Notes under the pieces: model-generated
Database searches by the model: none
What the model saw: the letters and a program-made list of their open reading frames with translations, nothing else
Told to the model about the DNA's origin: nothing
Shown here: positions 49,729 to 61,023 of the stretch, one piece after another
How the letters are laid out: each line of letters starts with the position of its first letter
How positions within the stretch are numbered: the stretch's first letter is position 1
Assembly: GCA_943788675.1 (NCBI GenBank)
Contig: CALSRE010000001.1
Coordinates: 49,400 to 113,399, forward strand
Reading direction: 5' to 3'
Length of the DNA stretch: 64,000 nucleotides
Source: an uncultured bacterium
GTDB taxonomy: Bacteria > Fidelibacterota > Marinisomatia > Marinisomatales > Marinisomataceae
Position numbers and translations under genes: made by a program

Positions 49729-52349
49729 TTTAATACCTCAATATTAGAAAGAATTTTTTCTCTTTCAATGATAAAATCATTTAGTTTATTTTTTTCTCCA
49801 TCAACAACTTTTTCAGGAGCTTTATCAATAAATTGCTTATTTGATAATTTAGCTTCAATTGATACAATTAATTTATTAAGCTCAGACAGTCTTTTATTAA
49901 GCTTTAAAATTTCTTCTTTCTTATCAACAAGTTCACCTAATGGAATATATATTTCTGCTATTCTACAAACTGCAATTGCTGAGTTAGAAGGCTTTTCTAT
50001 TTTAATACCTAAATCAATTTTATCAGTATTTGAAAGCTTACTTATCAAATGCCTGTAATGGTTGATAGCATTTATCTCTGAATCACTTTTAACTGACACT
50101 ATAATATCAATTTTCTTAGATGGAGCAATATTTAACTCAGAACGTATTGTTCTGATAGATGTTACAATTTCTTTAAAATCTTTAATGCTATCAACATCAT
50201 AAGACTTTACTCTACTGCTAGTTGATGGCCATTGAGATATAATAATATCTCTATCATCTTTATCTTTTAAATGGTTCCAAATTTCCTCAGAAATAAATGG
50301 TGAAATTGGATGTAATAGTAATAATATTTTTTTGATAATGTGTTTTGAGATATTAAATGCATTACTGCGGAGAGATAAGTTTGAACTATTAAATCTGTCT
50401 TTTACAATTTCAATGTACCAATTACAGAATTCATTCCAGGTAAAATCATATATTTTTTTGATTGCTTCATTGAACTGATACTTATCGAACGATTTATTTA
50501 CTTCCCTTATTGTATCATCTAATGAGCTTAAAATCCATTTATCAAAGTTGTCAATATTATCATAATCAATTGCATCAGAGAAATCTTCGTTATGATTTAG
50601 CATAATAAATCGACTAGCATTCCAGATCTTTGTCATGAAATTTCTACCAACCTCAATTCCTGACTCTGAAAAATACACATCAGATCCCTGTGGAGACATA
50701 AGCATTATCGAAAACCTGGTTGCATCAGTACCGTATTTATCAAAAAGGGTTATTGGATCAGGCGAATTTCCAAGTGACTTACTAAGCTTTCTACCTTTTT
50801 CATCTCTTAAAATACTGGTAAAATAAACATCTTTAAATGGCAAATCTCCCATAAATTCGTATCCTGACATAATCATTCTTGCAACCCAAAAAAATATGAT
50901 ATCTGGACCAGTTACTAATGCATTAGTTGGAAAATAATTGGTCTTTTCTTTATCTGGCCACCCATGCACAGCAAAAGGCCATAGCCAAGAACTGAACCAT
51001 GTGTCTAGTACGTCTTCATCTTGCTCCCAATTTTCTATGTCTGGAGGAGGGGAGGTAGAAATATACCAGTTCTCTTGATTAGCTCTATCTACATCTTTCT
51101 TATACCATACTGGTATTTGATGCCCCCAATATAACTGCCTACTAATACACCAATCTTGGATATTATCCATCCAGTGATTGTACGTTTTTACCCAATGATT
51201 TGGATAAAAATTTATTTCTTTATCTTTGACAGCTTTGCTAGCAGGTTTAGCTAGATTTTTCATTTTTAAAAACCATTGTTCAGATAAATAATATTCAATA
51301 GGCACGTTTCCTCTTTCTGAAAACCCTACTTTATGTAAATAGTCTTCTTCTTTAGTTAAGCATCCTAAATCTTTAAGATTATTTACAATTTCTTTTCTTG
51401 CGTCCTCTCTGCTCATGCCTACATATTTATCTGGAGCTTTATTACTTATAGATCCATCAGAGTTCATAATATTTATCACTTCAAGGTTATGTCTAATGCC
51501 TACTTCATAATCATTCAAGTCATGAGCTGGAGTAATCTTTACACAGCCAGTACCAAATTCTGGATCGACCATACTATCAGCAATAATTGGAATGTTTCTA
51601 CCTACTAATGGCAGGGATGCTGTTTTACCAATCATTTTTTTATATCTATTATCTTTAGGGTTTACAGCAATAGCTGTATCCCCAAGCATCGTTTCAGGCC
51701 TAGTTGTAGCTATTTCAATAAATGAGTCACTATCATTAATTGCATATTTAATATGCCAAAGTTTTCCATTCACCTCTTTAAACATGACTTCTTCATCACT
51801 TAATGCAGTTTGTGATTTTGGACACCAATTAACAAGCTTACTGCCCTTATATATTAAACCCTTATTATAAAGTCGAACAAAAGATTCTAACACCGCTTTA
51901 GAATAGTGTGAATCCATTGTAAAATTGGTTTTATCCCAATCGCATGAACATCCTAGTTTTTGCAATTGATTAATAATAGTTCCACCATATTTTTCTTTCC
52001 ATTTCCATGCGTGCTCTAGGAACTCATCTCTAGATAAATCTTTTTTGTTAATTCCTTTTTCTAATAACATTTTTGCGACTTTTGATTCAGTAGCAATTGA
52101 TGCATGATCAGTTCCAGGAATCCAGCAAGCGTTTTTACCTTCCATTCTGGCTTTTCTAATTAATATATCTTGAATCGTATTATTAAGCACATGCCCCATA
52201 TGAAGTTTACCAGTGACATTGGGAGGGGGAATAACAATTGTATAGTGATTATCGGATTCTTGACTTGAAAAGTATTTTTTTTCAAGCCAGTAATCATACC
52301 ACTTACTTTCAATCTCAGATGGTATATGTTTTTTTTCTAATAATTTCAT
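49725..52349 (-). CDS. valS: valine--tRNA ligase
   Basis: 874 aa with PPPNVTGKLHMGH (HIGH), KLSKSLGN (KMSKS) and a C-terminal coiled coil. Confidence 0.95.
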   Translation of the reverse strand: MKLLEKKHIPSEIESKWYDYWLEKKYFSSQESDNHYTIVIPPPNVTGKLHMGHVLNNTIQDILIRKARMEGKNACWIPGTDHASIATESKVAKMLLEKGINKKDLSRDEFLEHAWKWKEKYGGTIINQLQKLGCSCDWDKTNFTMDSHYSKAVLESFVRLYNKGLIYKGSKLVNWCPKSQTALSDEEVMFKEVNGKLWHIKYAINDSDSFIEIATTRPETMLGDTAIAVNPKDNRYKKMIGKTASLPLVGRNIPIIADSMVDPEFGTGCVKITPAHDLNDYEVGIRHNLEVINIMNSDGSISNKAPDKYVGMSREDARKEIVNNLKDLGCLTKEEDYLHKVGFSERGNVPIEYYLSEQWFLKMKNLAKPASKAVKDKEINFYPNHWVKTYNHWMDNIQDWCISRQLYWGHQIPVWYKKDVDRANQENWYISTSPPPDIENWEQDEDVLDTWFSSWLWPFAVHGWPDKEKTNYFPTNALVTGPDIIFFWVARMIMSGYEFMGDLPFKDVYFTSILRDEKGRKLSKSLGNSPDPITLFDKYGTDATRFSIMLMSPQGSDVYFSESGIEVGRNFMTKIWNASRFIMLNHNEDFSDAIDYDNIDNFDKWILSSLDDTIREVNKSFDKYQFNEAIKKIYDFTWNEFCNWYIEIVKDRFNSSNLSLRSNAFNISKHIIKKILLLLHPISPFISEEIWNHLKDKDDRDIIISQWPSTSSRVKSYDVDSIKDFKEIVTSIRTIRSELNIAPSKKIDIIVSVKSDSEINAINHYRHLISKLSNTDKIDLGIKIEKPSNSAIAVCRIAEIYIPLGELVDKKEEILKLNKRLSELNKLIVSIEAKLSNKQFIDKAPEKVVDGEKNKLNDFIIEREKILSNIEVLK

Positions 52350-53683
52350 CTTACAAACTCTTCTAACTTTATTTGTAATGATTGTAGTTCATTCATTGAT
52401 GTTCCTTCAGCAAAAATTCTTAGGATGGGCTCAGTATTAGATTTTCTAATATGAAGCCATTTGTCTTTCCAAATAAATTTAACCCCATCTAATTTATTAA
52501 TTTCGTCAGAATTGAAAACACTATCAAGACTATCAATATCTATTTCTTTACCTGAATTAAGTTCGATTTTATCTTTAACAAATACATATTGGGGAATTTC
52601 AGTAATAATATTGCTCAGAGACTTACTTTTAATTGACATTAGATTTAATACCATAGCTGTGCCAACCAATGAATCTCTACCTAGGTGTGCTTCTTTAAGA
52701 ATGATTCCACCATTACCTTCTCCACCAAGGTTAACATTATATTTTTTCATCAAGGATACAACATTCGCTTCTCCTATTTTTGATCTTATCAATGTCCCGT
52801 TAAAACTACTAACAACATCATCAACCATCATTGATGTGGATAAATTTGTAACAAATGTTTCAGGCTCGCTAGAGTAAAAACTATAATTCATAATAGCTAA
52901 TGGTAAAGAAAGCTCTTCGCCAATAGCTATTCCCTTATTCGAAACAATAGATAAACGATCGCCATCCGGATCTGTAGCTAAGCCTATATCAGCATTTTCT
53001 TTTATAACTCTTCTTTCTAGTTCATTTAAATTGATTGATAATGGTTCAGGATTTCTAGAATAATTTCCATTACCATCACAACTAATCATTGTAACTGAAC
53101 AGTGTAGTGCTTTGCACAAAGCAGGTAGAATATTCGAAGCTCCACCGTTCGTAGCATCTATAACAACTTTAAATTTATTATTCTTTATCTTTTCTGGCTC
53201 AATACATGACAAGTTTAAGATTGCTTCTATATGATCCTCATCAGCATCTTTATAGTTTGAAATTTTTCCAATAGATGTTGATGATTCTTTTTGAATTTTA
53301 TTATCAACTGATTTAAATAGTTTTTCGCATTGTTTTGGAGATAAAAAAGTTCCGTCAGCTTGCAAAAATTTTAATCCATTGTATTCTGCTGGGTTGTGAC
53401 TTGCCGTAACAACAATGCCTCCATCACACTGACTTTTTTCTGTAATTAATTGCATAGTGGGAGTAGTTGCTAATTCGCAGTTAACCACATCAACTCCGTT
53501 TTTAACTAAAGAATCTATAACCCATTCCGAAATTTTGGCTCCAGATTTTCTCCCATCTGTTCCTATAGCACATTTATTAATATTTTGATTTTGTATGTAA
53601 GAGGAAATGTATTGATCTATGATAGCTGAAGAAAAATCTTCTTTTGCTATTCCTCTTAAGCCTGATGCACTTCTTATAAACAT
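52346..53683 (-). CDS. phosphoglucosamine mutase / phosphomannomutase family protein
   Basis: 445 aa with TASHNPAEYNGLKF (active-site Ser), DPDGDR and GGEGNGG motifs. Confidence 0.8.
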   Translation of the reverse strand: MFIRSASGLRGIAKEDFSSAIIDQYISSYIQNQNINKCAIGTDGRKSGAKISEWVIDSLVKNGVDVVNCELATTPTMQLITEKSQCDGGIVVTASHNPAEYNGLKFLQADGTFLSPKQCEKLFKSVDNKIQKESSTSIGKISNYKDADEDHIEAILNLSCIEPEKIKNNKFKVVIDATNGGASNILPALCKALHCSVTMISCDGNGNYSRNPEPLSINLNELERRVIKENADIGLATDPDGDRLSIVSNKGIAIGEELSLPLAIMNYSFYSSEPETFVTNLSTSMMVDDVVSSFNGTLIRSKIGEANVVSLMKKYNVNLGGEGNGGIILKEAHLGRDSLVGTAMVLNLMSIKSKSLSNIITEIPQYVFVKDKIELNSGKEIDIDSLDSVFNSDEINKLDGVKFIWKDKWLHIRKSNTEPILRIFAEGTSMNELQSLQIKLEEFVR

Positions 53684-53735
53684 AGTAGAAGGTTAGAAAT
53701 TTTTAACTAGAATTGAAAGAGGAGTTATCGACTAA

Positions 53736-53930
53736 TTAGTTATTAAACTTAGCTAGTCTTACTGCTCTACGGATAGTTTGTTTTTTAGCGATTCTCTTTG
53801 TTACGCTTGGCTTCTCATAAAATGCTTTTCTTTTTACATCTTTAAGCACACCCGAACGTTCCCATTTCTTTTTGAAACGTCTTAAGGCTCTTTCTAGAGA
53901 TTCGTTATCTTTTATATTTACTTCAATCAT
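53736..53930 (-). CDS. rpsU: 30S ribosomal protein S21
   Basis: 64 aa with ESLERALRRFKKKWERSGVLKDVKRKAFYEKPS. Confidence 0.9.
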   Translation of the reverse strand: MIEVNIKDNESLERALRRFKKKWERSGVLKDVKRKAFYEKPSVTKRIAKKQTIRRAVRLAKFNN

Positions 53931-53967
53931 TGTGCGGAAACTTAACGATAAAATTCAGAAATGCCAA

Positions 53968-54729
53968 TTATGATATAATATTGTTTGAAATATCAACAAA
54001 TTGCTGAATTGATAGCTGCTCAGGTCTTTGTTTAAAATCTACTAAACATTTGTTATGATCAATTTCTAGCGACGAAAGAGAATTTCTTAACATTTTTCTT
54101 CTTTGATTAAATGCCATTCGAACAACTTGACTAAATTTTTTTGTATCAATCTTATTAATATCATATTTATTATTTTTTTTAATAGATATGAACGCTGAAT
54201 CGACTTTAGGCTTAGGCTTAAAAACATTCGGAGAAATATAAAAACAAATATTAATATCAAAATAAAGGCTAGTCATTACAGTAATTCTGCTATAATCTTT
54301 TGTTCCACTTTTTGCAACTAATCTTTGCGCAACTTCTTTTTGTACCATTAGAAAAGATTCATCCCAAAATGGCAAGTTATCAATTAACCAAAAAATTATT
54401 GGGGATGTGATATTGTATGGAATATTCCCAATTACTTTAGGATTATCTATGTCTATATCTTTAATGTTTGTCTTTAAAATATCTTGATTTAGAAGTGGAA
54501 AATGTGATATAGCCAAATTCTGTTTAATTGATTGTATTAAATCAGTATCAATTTCAACCATTGTAAGGTTTTTCGTTTTTAAAGCAATCTTTTCAGATAG
54601 GGCACCATGCCCTGGCCCTATTTCTAACACTCTACTTTCTTTGCTTAAATCAACTGTATTGATAATTTTTTCAAGTAGGTTGTTATCTACTAAAAAATTT
54701 TGTCCCCATTTTTTCTTTGCAAATACCAT
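53968..54729 (-). CDS. rsmA: 16S rRNA (adenine1518/1519-N6)-dimethyltransferase
   Basis: 253 aa with KKKWGQNFL, EIGPGHGALS and GNIPYNITSP motifs. Confidence 0.9.
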   Translation of the reverse strand: MVFAKKKWGQNFLVDNNLLEKIINTVDLSKESRVLEIGPGHGALSEKIALKTKNLTMVEIDTDLIQSIKQNLAISHFPLLNQDILKTNIKDIDIDNPKVIGNIPYNITSPIIFWLIDNLPFWDESFLMVQKEVAQRLVAKSGTKDYSRITVMTSLYFDINICFYISPNVFKPKPKVDSAFISIKKNNKYDINKIDTKKFSQVVRMAFNQRRKMLRNSLSSLEIDHNKCLVDFKQRPEQLSIQQFVDISNNIIS

Positions 54730-55488
54730 TTATATTTTAAAAAAATTTTGTGCATTTCTTGTTGTAGCTTCTGCAATATTTTTAATACTATCTGATCTTA
54801 TTTCAGCAATTTTTTCTACAATAGTATGTACATGAGCAGGTTCATTTTTTGTACCTCTAAATGGATGTGGAGCTAGAAATGGACAGTCTGTTTCAAGGAC
54901 AAAATCACTCAATGAAATACTTTGAACAACTTCAATATTAGTTGCATTTTTAAATGTTACATTTCCTGAAAATGATAATAATATGTCCAAAGAAATAAGT
55001 TTTTTCGCAAAGGATAAATCGCTTGAAAAACAGTGCGATAAAGCCTTATAGAATTTGTAATTGTTTAAAACCTCAAAAATATCATCATCTGCATTTCTAT
55101 TATGAAAAACAATTGGAAGATTTTGTGATATTGCCAACTCCATCTGCTCAATCATTACTTTTTTTTGAATATTGATTGGAGATAAATTTCTAAAATTATC
55201 AATACCTATTTCTCCTACTGCTACTACCTTATCATGTTTTGATAGCTCTTCTAATTGCATGATATAATCTGAAGGTACATCCTTAGCATCGTGTGGATGA
55301 ATGCCAACAGTAGCAAACACATTATCATATTTTTCTGCAATCTTGACTGATTTTAGCGAAGTATCAATATCTGTTCCTATGCAGACAATTTTATTTACTC
55401 CTTTGGAGCCTGCTCTTTCAATCACTTCTGAAAGCACGCTTTCCATGCTTTCATAGTAAAGATGAGCGTGTGTATCAATTAAAGACAT
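54730..55488 (-). CDS. tatD: TatD-family metal-dependent hydrolase
   Basis: 252 aa with IDTHAHL, GEIGID and ETDCPFLAP motifs. Confidence 0.85.
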   Translation of the reverse strand: MSLIDTHAHLYYESMESVLSEVIERAGSKGVNKIVCIGTDIDTSLKSVKIAEKYDNVFATVGIHPHDAKDVPSDYIMQLEELSKHDKVVAVGEIGIDNFRNLSPINIQKKVMIEQMELAISQNLPIVFHNRNADDDIFEVLNNYKFYKALSHCFSSDLSFAKKLISLDILLSFSGNVTFKNATNIEVVQSISLSDFVLETDCPFLAPHPFRGTKNEPAHVHTIVEKIAEIRSDSIKNIAEATTRNAQNFFKI

Positions 55489-56963
55489 TAATTTATTCTT
55501 GGAAAGATTGGTTTAGAAAGTGTGATACTAGAACTAGGTTTTATTTTTCCCCATACTAAACTTTTTTCTTTTGTTCCTAAAATTTGAAGGATATCCTCTG
55601 ACTTTGATGGCATAACCGGCGACAAAAGAATTGATGACAACCTTAGTGCTTCTGCGCAATGAAATAGTATATTTCCTGCCTTATTTTTATCCTCTTTAAC
55701 CAATTTCCATGGTTCATTTTTTTCCATAAATACATTTACACTTCTTATGAAAGTCATTGTACTATTAATTAATTTATCTATTTGTAAATTATCAAGCTTA
55801 TCTTTTAAAATAATTTTCTTATAGTTCTTTGCTAAATCGCTTTCCATCGTAGATGGAATTGGAATTTTAGAATCAAAATTATTATTTATTAAAGTTGAAA
55901 CCCTACTAACAAGATTTCCAAAATCATTAGCTAGGTCACTATTATATTTCTTTTCAAAAGATTCAGATGAAAATGTAGCATCCATTCCAAGCACCATTTC
56001 TGACATTAAGTAATATCTGACTGCATCAACACCAAAATCATCAATAAGCAATAATGGACTTACAACATTACCTAAAGATTTACTCATTTTTTCGTTATCT
56101 GTTAACCACCACCCATGAGCAAAAATTCTTTTAGGAAGGGGGATGTTCAATGATAGTAGCATGGTTGGCCAGTATACTGAATGTGTAGTTAAAATATCTT
56201 TACCAATTAAATGAACATCTGCTGGCCATAGTTTTTTGAAATTTTCTGTATTTTTAAAGGCTCCTATTGCAGATATATAATTAATTAAAGCATCAAACCA
56301 GACATAGGTCACATAGTCTTTATCAAATGGCAATTCAATTCCCCATTCTAAGCGCGACTTTGGTCTTGAAATACATAAATCTGACAGCTCATTCCTTAAA
56401 AACCCTAATACTTCATTTTTTCTACTAACGGGTTGAATTAACAGTTCATCAGATTCAATTTTTTTAATTAGTTGTGTTTGATATTTGCTCATTTTAAAAA
56501 AATAATTTTTTTCTTTAATCTTTTTTACTTGACCGAACTCTCCACTATCTAGTTCTTTTTCTGTAATAAACCTTTCTTCTGAAACAGAATACCATCCCTC
56601 ATACTCATCAATGTAGATATCTCCATTTTTGTGCACTTCATCAAGAATTTTTTGTACAACAGTAGTGTGCCTTTCTTCTGTTGTTCGGATAAAATCTGAA
56701 TATTTTATATTTAATTTTTCCCAAAGATTTACAAAAGCTGGGGCCATATCATCGCAATGGTCTTTCGGAGATTTACCATTTTTTTCTGCTGCTTGTTGCA
56801 CTTTAAGACCATGTTCGTCAAGACCTGTTAAAAGTATTGGCTCTTCACCTAACAAGACTCGGTATCTTGCAATAGTATCTGCTAAAATAGTTGTATAGGC
56901 ATGCCCTATATGCGGCTTATCGTTGACATAATAAATAGGAGTAGTTAAATAATATTTTTGCAT
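55488..56963 (-). CDS. metG: methionine--tRNA ligase (short form)
   Basis: 491 aa with YYVNDKPHIGHAYT (HIGH) and KMSKSLGN. Confidence 0.9.
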   Translation of the reverse strand: MQKYYLTTPIYYVNDKPHIGHAYTTILADTIARYRVLLGEEPILLTGLDEHGLKVQQAAEKNGKSPKDHCDDMAPAFVNLWEKLNIKYSDFIRTTEERHTTVVQKILDEVHKNGDIYIDEYEGWYSVSEERFITEKELDSGEFGQVKKIKEKNYFFKMSKYQTQLIKKIESDELLIQPVSRKNEVLGFLRNELSDLCISRPKSRLEWGIELPFDKDYVTYVWFDALINYISAIGAFKNTENFKKLWPADVHLIGKDILTTHSVYWPTMLLSLNIPLPKRIFAHGWWLTDNEKMSKSLGNVVSPLLLIDDFGVDAVRYYLMSEMVLGMDATFSSESFEKKYNSDLANDFGNLVSRVSTLINNNFDSKIPIPSTMESDLAKNYKKIILKDKLDNLQIDKLINSTMTFIRSVNVFMEKNEPWKLVKEDKNKAGNILFHCAEALRLSSILLSPVMPSKSEDILQILGTKEKSLVWGKIKPSSSITLSKPIFPRIN

Positions 56964-56966
56964 ACG

Positions 56967-58031
56967 CTAATTTAAGGCCTTATTTGAATTAATTATCATG
57001 TTCATTAGAGATAATTGAGGATTTGCATTTGCATTTAAAGATTGATGAAAGTCTTCAATATTTTTAACTAGCTCTGTATGATTCATGTTTATGTATTTAG
57101 AGCTTACTATTGATGCAAGATCCTCAAACTCATTAAAACCAATTTTTGAATCAATAGATTCATTTTGCATAGAAAGTAATTTGATGAATTTTTTAATTAC
57201 CTTGAAAGATAGGTTGAATTCATTTCTTGATGAACTATATAAATCCAAAGTTGAATTTTTGAAGCTTGAAATTGAATCTGCATTTTTATATCTGATTGCA
57301 TTTATATAGCTTTTAACACATCCAAGAATTTTTACTTCATTCCACAACATCAGGCTATCAATTGTATTTAAATTATTATCTGAAATGAAAGATATGAAAT
57401 CGGTTGAAAAACTCTTATTGCTTAAAAATATCTTTGAAATAATATCTGAAGTTATTCTTGGAACGTATACTGTTTGGCACCTAGACTTAATTGTTGGCTT
57501 TACTTGATCTATCAAATCGGTAACTAGTATAAATGTGGTATTCTTAGGGGGTTCCTCAAGAATTTTTAATAACATATTTGCTGATTCAGCGCTACCATGT
57601 GATAAAGCTTCAGAATTAAAAATTAATACTACTTTTCTCTTTTTAGATTTGAAATAAATTTTTTCTTTTAGGTTTTTTATTGCTTCTACAGGAATATTTC
57701 TACTGTCTGATAATATTTTTTTTTGCAGTGGATTATGGATTTTATTACTTAAAAATTTTTTCCATTTTTTATACTCCTTTGAGTCGAATGATTTGCTCTT
57801 AAAAAGTTTTTCGTAAAAATCTTTTTTTGCTGGAATAATAAAAAAAATATTATCGCTAGAGATAAACTTCTCTGAATTTGTAGATGATATTACTTTGGCA
57901 AATTCTATTGCTAACGCTTCCTTTCCTGACCCAGATGTTCCATAAAAAATATAAGCATTAGAAATTCTTTGCTCATTTATTGCAGCATTTAAGAGCTTTG
58001 ATATTTCGCTTTGAATAATCTTAATTTCCAC
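56967..58031 (-). CDS. holB: DNA polymerase III subunit delta'
   Basis: 354 aa with an AAA+-like N-terminus (NAYIFYGTSGSGKEALA), LKILEEPP and the SRCQ sensor motif. Confidence 0.7.
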   Translation of the reverse strand: MEIKIIQSEISKLLNAAINEQRISNAYIFYGTSGSGKEALAIEFAKVISSTNSEKFISSDNIFFIIPAKKDFYEKLFKSKSFDSKEYKKWKKFLSNKIHNPLQKKILSDSRNIPVEAIKNLKEKIYFKSKKRKVVLIFNSEALSHGSAESANMLLKILEEPPKNTTFILVTDLIDQVKPTIKSRCQTVYVPRITSDIISKIFLSNKSFSTDFISFISDNNLNTIDSLMLWNEVKILGCVKSYINAIRYKNADSISSFKNSTLDLYSSSRNEFNLSFKVIKKFIKLLSMQNESIDSKIGFNEFEDLASIVSSKYINMNHTELVKNIEDFHQSLNANANPQLSLMNMIINSNKALN

Positions 58032-59190
58032 TTACTAACCAACTTTCAGGATTAAGTTTTTGATTATTTCCCCAGATTTCAAAATGAATAATATTATCAC
58101 TGGAAACATACCCAATATTTTGACCTTCTCTAATATTTGTATCTTCTGCTATCAACAAGCTTTCAAGATGTGTAAATACAGTATAATAGCTATTATTATG
58201 ATCTACTATAACAGTTGTCCCATATCCAGCAATAAATGTAATAGTAGAAACATATCCATCAAAAACGCTTTGTACTGGTGTTGTCGCTCTAGCACTTATA
58301 TCTATGCCTGGATTATCAAGCGTTGTATTTAATTTGGGATTCCATTGAGGTCCAAAGGATTTTACTATCTTTCCTTTGACTGGCCACTGCAATTTCCCTT
58401 TATATTTTCTTATATCTCTATCAATTTTATTTAAACTTGCCAATTGCTGAGCATTATATTTTTCTTTATCAGCAATAATTTTCTTTCTTAGTTTTTCTAA
58501 AGATTTTATCTGCTGTAATTGTTTATCAATTTCAACCCTAACAAGTTTTTCTTCATTTTTAAGTTTGCTTAGTAGTTTTTCTTGATATTTTTTTTTACCA
58601 TTTAACTGTACTATTTCATTTTTTTTGGAGTTTTTGCTAGATTCAACTTTTACCACTAGCAATTCAATTTCTTTAGTTTTTTGCTTATTAAATCTTTGTG
58701 TTGTTTTAATTTTATTCACTGATTCTTGGTTAATCTCTGATATAATATTGAAATATTTTAACCGATAAATCATTTGTGAAAAACTTTTAGAGTTAAATAT
58801 ATAATTTGAGAGGCCAAGGTTCTTATTCTTATAAAGACTGATTGATCTTTTTTCATAAGATTTCTTTATTTCTCCAATTGTTGAATTATTTTTTTTAATG
58901 GCAATTTCAAGATTATTCAATTGCTTATTATAAAGCTTAATTTGTTTATCGTAAGTATCTATCAATTTATTTGAATTCTTAATATTTTTTTTGGTCAGTG
59001 CTAATATTTCTTTTGTTTTCTTTGACTGCGACTGGAGCTTTTTAACTTCATTATTTCCAGCATTGATTGAATTTTTCAATTGCTTAATTTGATTTTCAGT
59101 ATCTTTAATTGATTGATCAAAACTTTTTTCTTGAGGAATAACTACAGATATAGTTAACAAAATTATAAGATAGAATTTTAGTGTTTTCAT
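58021..59190 (-). CDS. M23-family peptidase with N-terminal coiled coil (EnvC-like)
   Basis: 389 aa with a signal peptide and a long Lys/Gln/Glu coiled coil. C-terminal LytM domain (GIDISA...GYGTTVIVDHNNSYYTVFTHL...HFEIW). Confidence 0.8.
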   Translation of the reverse strand: MKTLKFYLIILLTISVVIPQEKSFDQSIKDTENQIKQLKNSINAGNNEVKKLQSQSKKTKEILALTKKNIKNSNKLIDTYDKQIKLYNKQLNNLEIAIKKNNSTIGEIKKSYEKRSISLYKNKNLGLSNYIFNSKSFSQMIYRLKYFNIISEINQESVNKIKTTQRFNKQKTKEIELLVVKVESSKNSKKNEIVQLNGKKKYQEKLLSKLKNEEKLVRVEIDKQLQQIKSLEKLRKKIIADKEKYNAQQLASLNKIDRDIRKYKGKLQWPVKGKIVKSFGPQWNPKLNTTLDNPGIDISARATTPVQSVFDGYVSTITFIAGYGTTVIVDHNNSYYTVFTHLESLLIAEDTNIREGQNIGYVSSDNIIHFEIWGNNQKLNPESWLVSGN

Positions 59191-59212
59191 TTAAATAAAA
59201 TTAAAACCTAAA

Positions 59213-59794
59213 TTGTTAATAATGATTAAAAAACTAAATATTGTTGTTTTATTAATAGCTGTCTTCCTTGTTGGAAATTTATATGCTAAATCTGATAAAA
59301 TTTTACTAAAAGGAGAATGCAATTCTGATAATATTTTACTTCTTACCTCATTCTTGAATGATCGTTCTAACATTACAGTTTCTATAAAAAATAGTATGGA
59401 TGGTGATTATGATTTTAATAATCATGCAATTATTTTCTTATGCTCTAATGAGTATCTGAAGCTATCTGAACTTGAGATTATCAGCCTTCAAAAAAATATA
59501 TTAAATGGTTCATTATTAATTATTGATAATTTTAATTCTGATTATACTTTTTCAATTTTTTTAAAGAAGATGCTTCCTGAGTATTCGTATAGTCAATATC
59601 CTCTCACTGTTGTTGCAAAAGATAATCCATATAAAATAAATTTTGGAAATATTGATCTAAATACTAGGCAGATTTTCATTGGAGAAAAACTAAGAATTTT
59701 AGCTATTCAAGATAAAAGCTTGCTAGGTGAAATGAATAATGAAAATCTCGATTATACCAAGTTTCTTGCAACTGTAGTATTTAACTACTTATAG
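59213..59794 (+). CDS. DUF4159-like secreted protein (tentative)
   Basis: 193 aa with a signal peptide. The pattern AIIFLCSNEYLKLSELEIISLQKNILNGSLLIIDNF recalls the DUF4159 core (PFLYMTGHG..FS..E...LR.YL..GGFL..DD). Confidence 0.4.
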   Translation: MLIMIKKLNIVVLLIAVFLVGNLYAKSDKILLKGECNSDNILLLTSFLNDRSNITVSIKNSMDGDYDFNNHAIIFLCSNEYLKLSELEIISLQKNILNGSLLIIDNFNSDYTFSIFLKKMLPEYSYSQYPLTVVAKDNPYKINFGNIDLNTRQIFIGEKLRILAIQDKSLLGEMNNENLDYTKFLATVVFNYL

Positions 59795-59798
59795 GACA

Positions 59799-60224
59799 CT
59801 AGATTTTCTTTTTTTCAGCTTCATAAACTCTTTTTCTTAGCTCAGAAGTTGAATATCCATGATCTCTTGAGTTAAATATACATTTAATAGGCAGTTCATG
59901 TCCTGTAAATTCTGTTCCCTTTATGATCTGCGCCTAAGAATTCTAACATCAGGATTAACCTCTTTTAAAACTTTAATTAAATCAGATTCAGTATTATAAG
60001 GAATCACTTCATCTACAAACTTTAAAGAACTTACTAATTCCCATTCTTTCAATATGCGTTTGTATAGGTGAATTTTTTTCAGGTCTGTCAATACTGGGAT
60101 CTGACTGCACTCCAACAATTAAGTAATCACAGTACTGCTTGCACTCTTCAAACATTAATGCATGTCCATAGTGACATAAATCAAATGATCCAAAAGTTAT
60201 TCCTCTAATTTGCTTTTTCTTCAT
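59799..60224 (-). pseudogene. TagD/HldE-domain-II-like cytidylyltransferase, about three frameshifts
   Basis: MKKKQIRGITFGSFDLCHYGHALMFEECKQYCDYLIVGVQSD... then LKEWELVSSLKFVDEVIPYNTESDLIKVLKEVNPDVRIL, then GADHKG, then EFTGHELPIKCIFNSRDHGYSTSELRKRVYEAEKKKI, spread over different frames. Confidence 0.65.
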
Positions 60225-60988
60225 TTTTTGCTTTTTCCCAATAATTTAAAAGTTCTTTTAAAGATAAATCCTCAATGTTTTGTTTTTTACTCTTCAGCTA
60301 CATTTTCAATGTAATGAAACCTATTATAAAATTTTTTATTTGTTTTCTTTAGCGCAAGCTCAGCAGATACATTAAAAAATCTAGCTATATTCACAACTGT
60401 AATTAATAGAGTCTCCTATCTCTTCTTCAATATTTTTATCATCATTTTTTTAATAGCATTTTTTAATTCATTTAACTCTTCATCAACTTTAAGCATTGCC
60501 TGCTTAGCATTTTCCCACTCGAAACCAACAGCTCCAGTTTTATCTTGATATCTTTGAGATATAATAAGGGAAGGAAGAGAATTTGGAACTCCATCTAAAA
60601 TTGATTTTCTCTTTTTTTCTTTTTTCTTATTTAGCTCCCAATTCTTAACTTTTGAAGGATCTTCTCCTTCATAATTTTTATCAAAATATGTGGGATGGCG
60701 TTCAGTTAATTTTTTATTGATATTTTTTATAATATCATCAAGCTCAAATTGATTTCTTTCTGAAGCAATAACTGCTTGAAAAATAATGTGCAATAATAAA
60801 TCTCCTAACTCTTCTTTTAGGTTTTCAGTATTATTATCTAGGATTGCATCAACTACCTCATATGTTTCTTCAATTAAATGAGGAGTTAAAGATTCTGGAG
60901 TCTGTTTTTTATCCCACTCACACCCATTATCTGACCTAAGTGTAATTACAATATCTATCAACTCTTTTAAAGATTCAAACTTCATCAC
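60221..60988 (-). pseudogene. mazG: nucleoside triphosphate pyrophosphohydrolase MazG, about three frameshifts
   Basis: The first MazG repeat is intact (CEWDKKQTPESL, EETYEVVDAI, EELGDLLLHIIF). The second repeat (NDDKNIEEEIGDS; LLITVVNIARFFNVSAELALKKTNKKFYNRFHYIENVAEE; KKQNIEDLSLKELLNYWEKAKK) needs frame changes, the first at T7 60445-60451. Confidence 0.7.
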
Positions 60989-61023
60989 ATAGTTTTTTGT
61001 TAAAATTTGATATTACTTGCTCT